Virus record (IMG/VR): IMGVR_UViG_3300018422_000001
Coordinates: 1-64,000 of that record
From: a virus
Strand: one strand, 5' to 3'
DNA: 64,000 nucleotides
The notes under the pieces were generated by a model. The model was given only the letters and a program-made list of their open reading frames with translations, was not told where the DNA came from and made no database searches. Both the position numbers and the translations under genes were made by a program. Shown here in pieces: positions 63,914 through 64,000 of this stretch. Position 1 is the stretch's first letter. Every line of letters starts with the position of its first letter.

Positions 63914-64000
63914 AGCTCCCATCGATACAGATCGACGCGATCGCAGAATCGACGTCGGATGGCGTTGATCGGCTGATCGCGAATCGCAATCCGCAGCCCG
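63910..64000 (+). CDS. 5' end of a further coupled ORF (truncated by the window)
   Basis: GTGA overlap at 63910. Open to the window end. Confidence 0.3.
   Translation, partial: MKLPSIQIDAIAESTSDGVDRLIANRNPQP

Larger units (their letters stand above)
1..64000. mobile_element. Segment of a temperate contractile-tailed phage / prophage genome (early-accessory, integration, regulatory and virion modules)
   Basis: Tyrosine integrase next to tRNA-like fragment. XRE/Xis-like regulators. Portal-MuF-protease-scaffold-capsid block and sheath-tube-chaperone-tape measure-baseplate-fibre block. The same promoter box occurs on both sides of the integrase. Confidence 0.85.

Overview
This high-GC window (roughly 60% or more by eye) reads as one temperate, contractile-tailed phage or prophage genome segment.

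**Small-gene arrays.** Three regions are arrays of very small genes: 0.3-6.6 kb, 16.9-18.5 kb (minus strand) and 22.0-23.1 kb.
- Each gene is preceded by the same fixed-length 39-nt promoter/operator box (Box A, 20 copies).
- The start codon usually sits 6-7 nt after a TAGAGT-like -10 hexamer, which is a leaderless design.
- Many genes are followed by GC-rich CTCGAG-centred hairpins and short-tandem-repeat spacers.

**Other modules, in order.**
- 6.6-8.4 kb: a RelE/HigB-like toxin, an XRE antitoxin and a translationally coupled 346-aa unknown.
- 8.6-13.3 kb: a J-domain protein, Zn-finger/RHH proteins, a tyrosine integrase, and a tRNA-Arg 5' half fragment bracketed by a perfect 15-bp inverted repeat.
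- 13.4-17 kb: HNH, XRE, Xis-like, DUF3846-like and wHTH genes.
- 18.4-21.9 kb: an operon of an amidoligase, two gamma-glutamylcyclotransferase-like genes, an HNH endonuclease and an ATP-dependent DNA ligase.
- 24.8-26.5 kb: a regulatory block with an XRE protein, a sigma-70 region-4-like protein with a Zn ribbon, and a Fis-type HTH protein.
- 27.2-28.4 kb: a ParB-domain/DNA methyltransferase fusion.
- 29.3 kb to the window end: a virion module. It contains portal, a MuF protein fused to a PI3K/PI4K-like kinase domain, XkdF-type protease, scaffold, major capsid, connector proteins, sheath, tube, a chaperone with a candidate -1 frameshift, tape measure, LysM, gpD, gpV, several fibre-like proteins (one with a 7-bladed Asp-box propeller), gpW and gpJ.

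**Not found.** No rRNA, CRISPR array, intact tRNA or recognisable terminase.

**Best novelty candidates.**
- The Box A promoter/leaderless cassette system and its possible dedicated sigma-like factor.
- The MuF-kinase fusion.
- The amidoligase/GGCT operon.
- Two further multi-copy DNA motifs: Box B and an 18-bp palindrome.
- The unusual att-like structure next to the integrase.

All functional calls rest on motif recognition by eye. No database search or folding program was run.
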